A program made the position numbers and the translations under genes. Positions 51,676-61,462 of a DNA stretch of 64,000 nt are shown here, in pieces. The notes under the pieces were generated by a model. The model saw only the letters and a list, made by a program, of their open reading frames with translations. It made no database searches and had not been told where the DNA came from. How positions within the stretch are numbered: position 1 is the first letter of the stretch; the number at the start of each line of letters is the position of its first letter. Location of the stretch: positions 124,682,001-124,746,000 of the forward strand of contig OY740784.1 in the NCBI GenBank assembly GCA_963514005.1, written 5' to 3'. Source of the DNA: Raja brachyura (taxonomy: Eukaryota).

Positions 51676-54600
51676 AGAAACATAGAAACATAGAAAATAG
51701 GTGCAGGAGTAGGCCATTCGGCCCTTCGAGCCTGCACCGCCATTCAATGTGATCATGGCTGATCATCCAACTCAGTATCCCGTACCTGCCTTCTCTCCAT
51801 ACCCCCTGATCCCTTTAGCCACAAGTGCCACATCTAACGCCCTCTTAAATATAGCCAATGAACTGGCCTCAACTACCTTCTGTGGCAGAGAATTCCAGAG
51901 ACTCACCACTCTCTGTGTAAAGAATGTTTTCCTCATTTCGGTCCTAAAGGAATTCCCCCTTATCCTTAGACTGTGACCCCTTGTTCTGGACTCCCCCAAC
52001 ATCGGGAACAATCTTCCAGCATCTAGCTTGTCCAACCCCTTAAGAATTTTGTAGGTTTCTATAAGATCCCCCCTCAATCTTCTAAATTCCATCGAGTACA
52101 AGCCGAGTCTATCCAATCTTTCCTCATATGAAAGTCCTGCCATCCCAGGAATCAGTCTGGTGACTCTTCTCTGTACCCCCTCTATGGCAAGGATGTCTTT
52201 CCTCAGATTTGGAGACCAAAACTGTACGCAGTACTCCAGGTGTGGCCTCGCCAAAACCCTGTACAACTGCAGTAGAACCTCCCTGCTCCTATACTCAAAT
52301 CCTTTCGCTATGAATGCTAACATACCATTTGCTTTCTTCACTGCCTGCTGCACCTGCATGCCTACTTTCAATGACTGGTGTACCATGACACCCAGGTCTC
52401 GTTGCATCTCCCCCTTACCTAATCTGCCACCATTCAGATAATAGTCTACCCTCATGTTTTTGCCACCAAAGTGGATAACCTCACATTTATCCACATTGTA
52501 CTGCATCTGCCATGCATCTGCCCATTCACTCAGCCTATCCAAATCACCCTGCAGCCTCCAAGCATCCTCCTCACACCTAACTATACCCCCCAGCTTGGTA
52601 TCATCTGCAAATTTGGAGATGTTGCATTGAATTCCCTCGTCCAAATCATTAATATATATTGTAAATAGCTGGGGTCCCAGCACTGAGCCTTGCGGCACCC
52701 CACTAGTCACTGCCTGCCATTCTGAAAAGGACCCGTTTACTCCTACCATTTGCCTCCTGTCTGCTAGCCAGTTCTCTATCCACATCAATACTGAACCCCC
52801 AATACCGTGTGCTTTAAGTTTGTATGCTAATCTCTTATGCGGGACCTTGTCGAAAGCCTTCTGAAAGTCTAGATATAACACATCCACTGGTTCTCCCTTA
52901 TCCACTCTACTAGTTACATCCTCGAAAAATTCTATCAGATTTGTCAGACATGATTTACCTTTCGTAAATCCATGCTGACTTTGTCCAATGATTTCACCAC
53001 TTTCCAAATGCGCTGCTATCCCATCTTTAATAACTGACTCTAGCAGTTTCCCCACTACCGATGTTAGACTAACTGGTCTGTAATTCCCCGCTTTCTCTCT
53101 CCCTCCTTTTTTAAAAAGTGGGGTTACATTAGCTACCCTCCAATCCTCAGGAACTACTCCAGAATCTAAGGAATTTTGAAAAATTATCACTAATGCATCC
53201 ACTATTTCTGTGGCTACCTCCTTGAGTACTCTGGGATGCAGACTATCTGGCCCTGGGGATTTATCGGCCTTCAATCCGTTCAATTTACCCAACACCACCT
53301 CCCGGCTAACCTGGATTTCACTCAGTTCCTCCATCTTATTTGACCCCCGTTCCACTGCTATTTCCGGCAGATTATTTATGTCTTCCTTAGTGAAGACAGA
53401 ACCAAAGTAGTTATTCAATTGGTCTGCCATGTCCTTGTTCCCCATGATCAATTCACCTGTTTCTGACTGCAAGGGACCAACATTTGTTTTAACTAGTCTC
53501 TTTCTCTTTACATATCTATAAAAACTTTTGCAGTCAGTTTTTATGTTCCCTGCCAGTTTCCTTTCATAATCTATTTTCCCTTTCCTAATTAAGCCCTTTG
53601 TCCTCCTCTGCTGGATTCTGAATTTCTCCCAGTCCTCCGGTAGGCTGCTTTTTCTGGCAAATTTGTATGCCTCATCTTTTGTTTTTATACTATCCCTGAT
53701 TTCCCTTGTTATCCATGGATGCACCACCTTCCCTGATTTATTCTTTTGCCAAACTGGTATGAACAACTTTTGTACTTCATCCATGCAGTCTTTAAATACC
53801 TTCCATTGCACATCCACTGTCAACCCTTTAAGAATCACCTGCCAGTCTATCTTGGCCAATTCACATCTCATACCTTCAAAGTTACCTTTGTTCAAGTTCA
53901 GAACCCTTGTATCTGACTTAATTTTGTCACTCTCCATCCTAATGAAGAACTCAACCATATTATGGTCACTCTTGCCCAAGGGGCCACGCACAACAAGACT
54001 GCTAACTAACCCTTCTTCATTACTCAATACCCAGTCTAGAATAGCCTGCTCTCTCGTTGGTTCCTCCACATGTTGGTTGAGAAAACTATCCCGCATACAT
54101 TCCAGGAAATCCTCTTCCTCAGCACCCCTGCCAATTTGATTCACCCAATCTACATGCAGATTGAAGTCACCCATTATAACCGTGTTACCCTTGTTGCACG
54201 CATTTCTAATTTCCTGTTTGATGCCATCCCCAACTCCAATACTACTGTTAGGTGGCCTGTACACAGTTCCCACTAGCGTTTTCTGCCCCTTAGAGTTTCG
54301 CAGCTCTACCCATATCGATTCCACATCCTCCACGCTAATGTCCTTCCTTTCTATTGCATTAATCTCCTCTCTCACCAGCAACGCTACCCCACCTCCTTTT
54401 CCTTTTCGTCTATCCCTCCTGAATATTGAATATCCCTGGATGTTCAGCTCCCAGCCTTGGTCATCCTGGAGCCAAGTCTCCGTGATTCCAACTATAGCAT
54501 AGTCATTAATCGCTATCTGCACCTTCAACTCATCCACCTTATTACGAATGCTCCTCGCATTGAGACACAAAGCCTTCAGGCTTGTTTTTACAACACTCTT

Positions 54601-54885
54601 ACTCCTTATACAATTATGTTGACAAGTGGCCCCTTTCACATCGATCCCTATTACACTTGGCCATACTCTCCTATCCCTTTGTGAGCTTTCTTCCCCGTTA
54701 ATTCTGGGGTCATTAACCATCGCTTTACTCTCTTTCCCTCTAACTCCGTCCTCGACTATCCCATTTGATACCCCACCCCCCTTATTCAGTTTAAAACCAT
54801 CCGTGTAGCAGTGGCAAACCTGCCGGCCAGAATGCTGGTCCCCCACCTGTTAAGATGCAATCCGTCCCTTTTGTACAGTTCCCCC
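51676..54885 (-). mobile_element. CR1 LINE in the J-C intron, 5'-truncated within ORF1
   Basis: CTATGTTT-type tail, full ORF2, and the ORF1 C-terminus GELYKRDGLHLN...VLN* (esterase-type DxxH) at ~54786-54885. Confidence 0.95.
51772..54720 (-). CDS. CR1 ORF2 protein (APE endonuclease + RT), intact; 982 aa from the first ATG
   Basis: Uninterrupted ORF 51772-54846 with endonuclease and RT motifs. Confidence 0.9.
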   Translation of the reverse strand: MVNDPRINGEESSQRDRRVWPSVIGIDVKGATCQHNCIRSKSVVKTSLKALCLNARSIRNKVDELKVQIAINDYAIVGITETWLQDDQGWELNIQGYSIFRRDRRKGKGGGVALLVREEINAIERKDISVEDVESIWVELRNSKGQKTLVGTVYRPPNSSIGVGDGIKQEIRNACNKGNTVIMGDFNLHVDWVNQIGRGAEEEDFLECMRDSFLNQHVEEPTREQAILDWVLSNEEGLVSSLVVRGPLGKSDHNMVEFFIRMESDKIKSDTRVLNLNKGNFEGMRCELAKIDWQVILKGLTVDVQWKVFKDCMDEVQKLFIPVWQKNKSGKVVHPWITREIRDSIKTKDEAYKFARKSSLPEDWEKFRIQQRRTKGLIRKGKIDYERKLAGNIKTDCKSFYRYVKRKRLVKTNVGPLQSETGELIMGNKDMADQLNNYFGSVFTKEDINNLPEIAVERGSNKMEELSEIQVSREVVLGKLNGLKADKSPGPDSLHPRVLKEVATEIVDALVIIFQNSLDSGVVPEDWRVANVTPLFKKGGREKAGNYRPVSLTSVVGKLLESVIKDGIAAHLESGEIIGQSQHGFTKGKSCLTNLIEFFEDVTSRVDKGEPVDVLYLDFQKAFDKVPHKRLAYKLKAHGIGGSVLMWIENWLADRRQMVGVNGSFSEWQAVTSGVPQGSVLGPQLFTIYINDLDEGIQCNISKFADDTKLGGIVRCEEDAWRLQGDLDRLSEWADAWQMQYNVDKCEVIHFGGKNMRVDYYLNGGRLGKGEMQRDLGVMVHQSLKVGMQVQQAVKKANGMLAFIAKGFEYRSREVLLQLYRVLARPHLEYCVQFWSPNLRKDILAIEGVQRRVTRLIPGMAGLSYEERLDRLGLYSMEFRRLRGDLIETYKILKGLDKLDAGRLFPMLGESRTRGHSLRIRGNSFRTEMRKTFFTQRVVSLWNSLPQKVVEASSLAIFKRALDVALVAKGIRGYGEKAGTGY

Positions 54886-55408
54886 TTTAACCTTTATTAA
54901 TTCAGATATTATATTGAGAGAGTTTTTAATCCGTACCAATGCAATCTCATACATGTTTTTAATCTGGTATGAATGTAATGTTCTTGTCGGCTGGTTTGCT
55001 TTTTGGAATTTACTTGCAATTACTGTCGGCATACAATGATCGGTATATTGTCGTGAGTGATGGGGAAACAAAATACAGTCAAAAAAGTGACATTTTAAGT
55101 GTGTTATTTGTCGTCAAATAACAAAGCTACCATTTCAATCCCATCCACCCCCTTAGTTGGTTTTGTTCGATCGACACATTTAAGGCCAAATTTCACGAAC
55201 AAGATTGATTGTTTATCTCATTTTTTCTCCCAAATTATGTTCGGGAGCCCGATATGGAAAACCACAGCTTTCCTTCCATTTTCTGTGCTTTTATCGGATA
55301 ATCTCTGAACCATTTATAAAACAAAAACTCTTCCCTCTTTCTCCAAATCAAAAGTTTAGCCATGGGCACTCTCAGTGGCCCAAGCGAAACCTACCTAAAT
55401 TATTTAAT

Positions 55409-55508
55409 TTAAATTAAATATATGCAAATGTAATTTTGAACGTCAGTCAAACCCTCCTTTGAACCATTGATTTGAATTCCCACTCTGTTCACGGATTAGT
55501 GGGATACC
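55409..55508 (+). promoter_or_regulatory. Octamer-containing block, arm 2 of the inverted pair
   Basis: ATGCAAAT at 55422-55429. Confidence 0.45.
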
Positions 55509-55574
55509 TGTTCTATAATTCTAATAGCAGAGAAAATGTCATTTCCAACATTGCACATTTCACCAATTTCCATT

Positions 55575-56040
55575 TAGTTGGGTACATGGAACAGCCGCTG
55601 ACACAGACTGCCCGATTCCCTGAACTCTTCATCCTGTATCCATGCAGAACTCATCGACTTCATTGTCTATAAACTTTGACCGTACGATCAAATTCACTGG
55701 GTCTATCCCCGACACATACCTCCCCTTTGTTAATCTCACCGTCTCCATCGCAGGAGATAGACAATTGACTGACATAAATTACAAATCTACCGACTCCCAC
55801 AGCTATCAGGACTACACCTCTTCCAACCTTGCCTCCTGCAAAGACTCTATGTCCTACTCCCAAATTCATCCATCTCCACGCAACTGCTCCCAAGATGAAT
55901 TGTTCCATACCAGGATATCCGAGGTCCTCATTCTTTAGGGAGCGGGTATTCCCCACTTTTACCATAGATGAGGCCCTTGCATGTGTCTACACTATCCCGT
56001 AGTTCCGCCCTTACTCCATCATCCCCAGTCGCAACAAGGA
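55575..56040 (+). mobile_element. Penelope-like RT fragment
   Basis: KFT..LPFVNLTV..TDINYKSTDSHSY.DYTSS..CKDS..YSQ. Confidence 0.7.
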
Positions 56041-56164
56041 GTTTGGTGAGGTTGTAACCCATAGGCCAACGTTAGTTATAGCCACTGAACATTGAGCATT
56101 CCTGAGAAACCCTGGGAATTTTACAGTTATAAATACGGGTGGCCTAGCGATATATTTCCAACTT

Positions 56165-56930
56165 GAAATTGAATTGAATGAATGAATTGCCTTTATTGTC
56201 ATTCAGACCTTTCGGTCTGAACGGAATTTCGTGCCTGCAGTCATACATATATAAAAATAACAAAACCACACAGTAAACACAAAAAATTAACATCCACCAC
56301 AGTGAGTTCACCAAACACCTCCTCACTGTGGTGGAAGGCAAAAGTCTTAGAGTCTCTGTCTTCTTCCCTCCTTGTTCTCCCTCTGCGCTGAGGAGATCCA
56401 GGCCTCTGATGCTGCCGTCCACCAGGCCCGCGGCTGAGCCTCCGAAACCGGGCCGCCACCACCGCTGTCGCCGTAATGCCGCCACAGGGCCCGCCGCCGG
56501 AACGCCACTGGAGCACCTCATCCCCGAAGCCAGGTCGCCGCTGGAGCACCACAGCTGCGAAGCCAGGTCACCGCTGGAACATCGCTGGAGCACCGCAGCC
56601 CCGAAAGCCAGGTCGCCGCTGAAGCTCCGAAAGCCGTGCCGCCGCCGCTGGAAGCTGGAGGCCGCCAGCTCCGCCATTAGGGCCTCAGCACAGACGGAGA
56701 CGGTGTCGGGGGACACGACAAGAAAAGTCGCATCCCCCCGAAGGGAGAGACTAAAACCCCGTTTCTCCCGCCTTCCCCCTCCCCCCCCCCCCACCCCCCC
56801 CACCCCCCCCCCCCCCCACACACATACACAACCTAACAAACCAAAAATAATCCCTAAAAACAGGCGCGAAGACAAAAATAAAATAAAAGACAGACGGACT
56901 GCAGGTGAGCCGCAGCTGTCAAGCAGCGCT
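56165..56930 (-). mobile_element. Non-autonomous retroposon with a LINE-like 3' stem-loop and short-repeat tail
   Basis: Minus strand ends TTCAGACC-GAAA-GGTCTGAA TGACAATAAAGG followed by ATTC-type repeats. Confidence 0.5.
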
Positions 56931-57191
56931 TACATTTGACAGTACATTTGACAAATTGTGCGTAAATTTTACAGTAACTGCCAGATATGGGCACCCCAAG
57001 AAGTTTTCAGCCAATGTTTTCCAAGGTGGGATCAAGGCGGAATGATTAACTAATAGTTTATGATACTCGGGTGAAGTTGCATGAAATAGAAAACTGCGTA
57101 ACGAATTGCTGTGTAATGATTCCTCGCACTGAATATTTTGCAAAACGAGCAAGAGAGAGAGTTTAACATTCATGTGGCCTTTGCCTTGCAG

Positions 57192-57500
57192 CGGCTCCAT
57201 CCACGCCCAACCCCTTCATTCTCTTCACCTGCGAGGATCACGGCTCCAGTGGTCCGTTCACCTATGGTTGTTTGGCGTTGGGCTATTCCCCTGCGGGCGC
57301 CAGTGTTTCTTGTAAGAAAGATGATAACCAACTGACCACCGGAGTGAAGCACAACCCGGCAGTGTTCAATAAGTTGGGAACTTACACCTGGAGCAGCGAG
57401 CTAACCATCACCGAGGCGGAGGCAAGGGGAGACAACATCTTCTGCATCGTTCAGCACTGCCAAAGTGAAAGTAGCAGGTTCGTGTTGGGGTGCACCGCGT
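57192..57500 (+). pseudogene. IGHM: IgM constant exon Cmu1 (3' boundary uncertain)
   Basis: TTGCAG acceptor; AAPSTPNPFILFTCEDH..YGCLALGYSP..KKDD..TTGVK..PAVFNKLGTYTWSSELTITE..IFCIVQH resembles elasmobranch Cmu1. The core Trp is replaced by Cys, and I see no clear phase-1 donor before the repeat at ~57515. Confidence 0.85.
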
Positions 57501-57514
57501 GGCCGAGGGTGGAG

Positions 57515-58705
57515 TTGAGAGTCAAGAATGTTTTATTGTCATATGTCCCAGATAGAACAATGAAATGTTTGCATGTACACACGCACACATACTCAAAACA
57601 AACAATAATAGTGCAATAATAATAATAATCTATTGTAGTTCAGAGCATATGAGGTTGTAGTGTTTAATAGCCTGATGGTTGTCGGGAAGAAGCTGTTCCT
57701 GAACCTGGACGTGACAGTTCTCGGGCTCCTGTACCTTCTTCTTGATGGTAGTGGTGAGATGAGTGTGTGGCCACGATGGTGTGGGTCTCTGATGATGTTG
57801 GCTGCCTTTTTAAGGCAGCGACTCTGATACATCCCTTTAATAACCATATAACCATATAACAATTACAGCACGGAAGCAGGCCATCTCGGCCCTTCAAGTC
57901 CGTGCCGAACAACTTTTTTCCCTTAGTCCCACCTGCCTGCACTCATACCATAACCCTCCATACCCTTCTCATCCATATGCCTATCCAATTTATTTTTAAA
58001 TGATACCAACGAACCTGCCGCCACCACTTCCATTGGAAGCTCATTCCACACCGCTACCACTCTCTGAGTAAAGAAGTTCCCCCTCATGTTACCCCTAAAC
58101 CTCTGTCCCTTAATTCTAAAGTCATGTCCTCTTGTTTGAATCTTCCCTATTCTCAAAGGGAAAAGCTTGTCCACATTAACTCTGTCTATCCCTCTCATCA
58201 TTTTAAAGACCTCTATCAAGTCACCCCTTAACCTTCTGCGCTCCTGAGAATAAAGACCTAACTTATTCAACCTATCTCTGTAACTTAGCTGTTGAAACCC
58301 AGGCAACATTCTAGTAAATCTCCTCTGTACCCTCTCTATTTTGTTGACATCCTTCCTATAATTGGGCGACCAAAATTGTACACCATACTCCAGATTTGGT
58401 CTCACCAACGTCTTGTACAATTTTAACATTACATCCCAGCTTCTATACTCAATGCTCTGATTTATAAAGGCTAGCATACCAAAAGCTTTCTTTACCACCC
58501 TATCTATATGAGATTCTACCTTCAAGGAACTATGCACGGTTATTCCCAGATCCCTCTGTTCAACTGTATTCTTCAATTCCCTACCGTTTACCATGTAATG
58601 ATGGGGGGTCCGAGCTGGTGAAGGAATGTGCCAGTGGTCACAACATTTTTCAGTATTTTCCGCTCCTGGATGTTCAAGTTGCCGAACCAGGCCATGATGC
58701 AATCC
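57515..58705 (-). mobile_element. Rex/Babar-type LINE 3' part with a nested CR1 fragment (~57840-58597)
   Basis: IIRDPHH..LPSRRRYRS..RFRNSFFPTTIRLLN. CR1 RT C-terminus in ORF 57923-58702. Confidence 0.8.
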
Positions 58706-59622
58706 ATATAATTCACGGGATTTGACAATTGAAGATAAGTATTTGATTTAATGGGCCCTGTTCGGTTTTATTCTTCATGTCATACTGACTGTAGAACATT
58801 CATCTGAGCTCCACAATCCACCTAGTCAAAGACAGACAATTCATTTCTATATATTAATGTGAAAGTGCCGTTGCATCTGCAGATGTCATGTAACATCTGG
58901 AACGCTGATGAAATTCCATTCTGAACTTAACTACCAAAGGCTTAGTCTCAATAGAAAGTGACACATGCCTTACCCGCCACATTATTCCAGCCCTTTGCTT
59001 TTTTTAATCAAACAACATCTGCTGTTCTTGTTTCGATAAAACAGTGAGTTTTGTTTCCTGGCACCGAGGGGAGAAAGCGATATTCATAATACCGAAGCAC
59101 TGACGTTCCTTCTTGGGGCGGAACGAAAGGCGGTACTTCAAATATCGAGATAATTCACCATTTACAAAATCAAAGAAAACTAAAATTTACCTGTGGAGAG
59201 CTTGGAAAGAGTGCTGATCAATTTATTATCATCACGAGCAAATCCATGTAATTCACGAGGAACTGATCCATCTGTAGATAAGTTACATTTTAACTCGTGA
59301 ACAATTGAAGCGGCTGAGTGCATCATGTTGAGAACATTATCAAGAATATTAAAAGTACAGACACAGCCACAGAGGACAAAAGCAGAACAGTAAGCCCATT
59401 ACATCCCTGTGACAATGACTTACCGAGCTATAATTTCCCCATTTACAAGCACTCGATGTACTGTGATAAATACAGAATTTAGCAGCATCTCAGGAAGTCC
59501 AAGTGAGTGGACGGCTACTTTTAATCAGAAAAAGTGATTGTTTTTGGGGGGTCAAAATATTGGGTGTCTTTATTAATCGACGATAGTTTATGAGCAATTC
59601 CAATGTAGTTATTTTCTTTCAG

Positions 59623-59934
59623 ACCGCGTGGTACATCATCCTACCCTCGCCATTACCATAACTGCCCTTGATGAAATCAAGCATAGCAGAAAAGCGATCG
59701 CCGTGTGTTTGGTCAATGATTTCACCCCAGTGAAATTTACTGTGAACTGGCTGAAGGATGGCGAGCCTTTGCATTTTGGCTTCGTCACCTCTCCCGCCTT
59801 CCAGGTGAACGGTAACTTCTCGGCGACCAGCCAGTTGACATTCCCAGCTGCAGGGTGGTTCGGAGGTTTCGTCTATACCTGCCAAGTCAACCATGAAAAA
59901 GATTTGAAAAGCCTAAACATCAGTAGGTCTCCAG
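59623..59934 (+). CDS. IGHM: IgM constant exon Cmu2 (open, with intact splice sites)
   Basis: TTTCAG acceptor and G|GTAAG donor; C1-set motifs VCLVNDFTP, VNWLKDG, GFVTSP, NGNFSATSQL, YTCQVNH. Confidence 0.9.
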
Positions 59935-60029
59935 GTAAGAAATACATCTGCGGTATGTCTCGGGATATTAGTGTAAACATTAGCGCTCACTGTGGTAGTA
60001 CTTCACTGACAGTGTGAAAGCCTATGTGT

Positions 60030-61430
60030 AGATGGAAGTGCTGATGCTGGTTTGCACCGAAAATAGAAACATAATTCCGGAGTTACAGCGGGTTAGGCAT
60101 CTGTAGAGGAAAGGAATATGTGACGATTCGGGTCGAGACTCTTCTTCCTACTTAGAATCAGAGGAGAGGGAAACTAGAGGTATGGGAATGTACAAACAAA
60201 TGAGTGAATGGTATGAAAAGAACAAATCAAAGCCAGCAACAATGAACAAGGAAAGGTCGAGGCCACATTGGCCCAGTGTTGCTCTGGAAATGGTGATAAC
60301 GAGTAGATACAGAGTGATACGAAACAGGACCGCAGTGAAACTAGTCGGATGACGAGGGTGGGAGGTGGCCGGAGAGAGATGGAATGCAAGGGTTACATGA
60401 AATTAGAAAAGTCAATATTGATACCGCTGAGTTTTAGGTTCCCGAAGCGAAACATGAGGTGTTGTTCCTCCAATTTGCGTTTAGCTTCACTCTCACAGTG
60501 GAGGAAGCCCAGGACAGAAAGGACAGCGTGGGAATGGGACGGGGTTTTAATGTGCTTGGCAAGCTGGTGATCGCCTTGAGCAAGGCGGACAGAGCGAAGG
60601 TGTTCGGCGAAACGACCGCCAGAGTCTGCGCTTTGATTCACCGATGTACTGGAACATCTAGAACAGCGGATGCAGTGGTTGGTGGAGGTGCAAGCGAACT
60701 TCTGCCTCATCTGAAAGGACTCTCGGGGTCCCTGGATGAAGTCGAGTGAGGAGGTATCCTTATAAGTGTTGCGTCTCCTGCTGTTGCCGGATGGGATGGT
60801 TGCTGCAGGAAGGGGTGGATTAAACGGAGTTGCGGAGGGAACGTTCTCTGAGAATGGTGGAAAGGGGTGCAGATAGAAAGATATGATCGATGGTGGAAAC
60901 CCGTTGGAGGTGGTGAGGACTTTTAGGACCTTGTCCCTGTTGAGACGGGGGGGGGGGGGGGGGGGGGGCAAATGGGAGAAAGAGCGGAGCTGCGGGATAC
61001 TGAGGAGACATGGGTGAGGGCATCATCTATGATAAAAGAGGGGAAACGCGGTTCCCTAACGAATGAGTCCTTGTATGGAACAGCTCATCTTGGGTGCAGA
61101 TACGATGGAGAGAGAGGATACGTGACCAGGGGTAGAGTCCTTGCAGGAGGAAGGATGAGAAGTGTCGCCCAGCAAGCTGTGGTTGTCCGTAGGTTTGTAA
61201 TAGAAGTTTGACGATAGCTTTCACCTGTGATGGAGACGGTGAGAGCAAGAAAGTGGAGGGAGGTCTGAGATCGTCCAAGTGAATTTGAGTGCAGGCTGGA
61301 AATTGGTAATGATGATAATGATGTCCATGAGTTTTCCATTGGTGCAGGGAGTGGCCCCTTTTGAGTCGTGAATCTAGCAGGGAAAGAGGCAGCCATAGCT
61401 GGGGCCAATACGAGCCCATGGGCGCATGCT
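60030..61430 (-). mobile_element. Degenerate Penelope-like element (RT end, GIY-YIG endonuclease, pLTR)
   Basis: CIRCSRC..RFAEHLRSV..RKLEEQHLMFR..GINIDFSNF. Confidence 0.8.
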
Positions 61431-61462
61431 ACGCCTTTGATTTGGAGGAATTGGGAGAATTC

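Noticed and set aside
56144-56939. 243-aa and 203-aa ORFs
   Set aside because: GC-rich, internally repetitive retroposon body with no recognisable domain.
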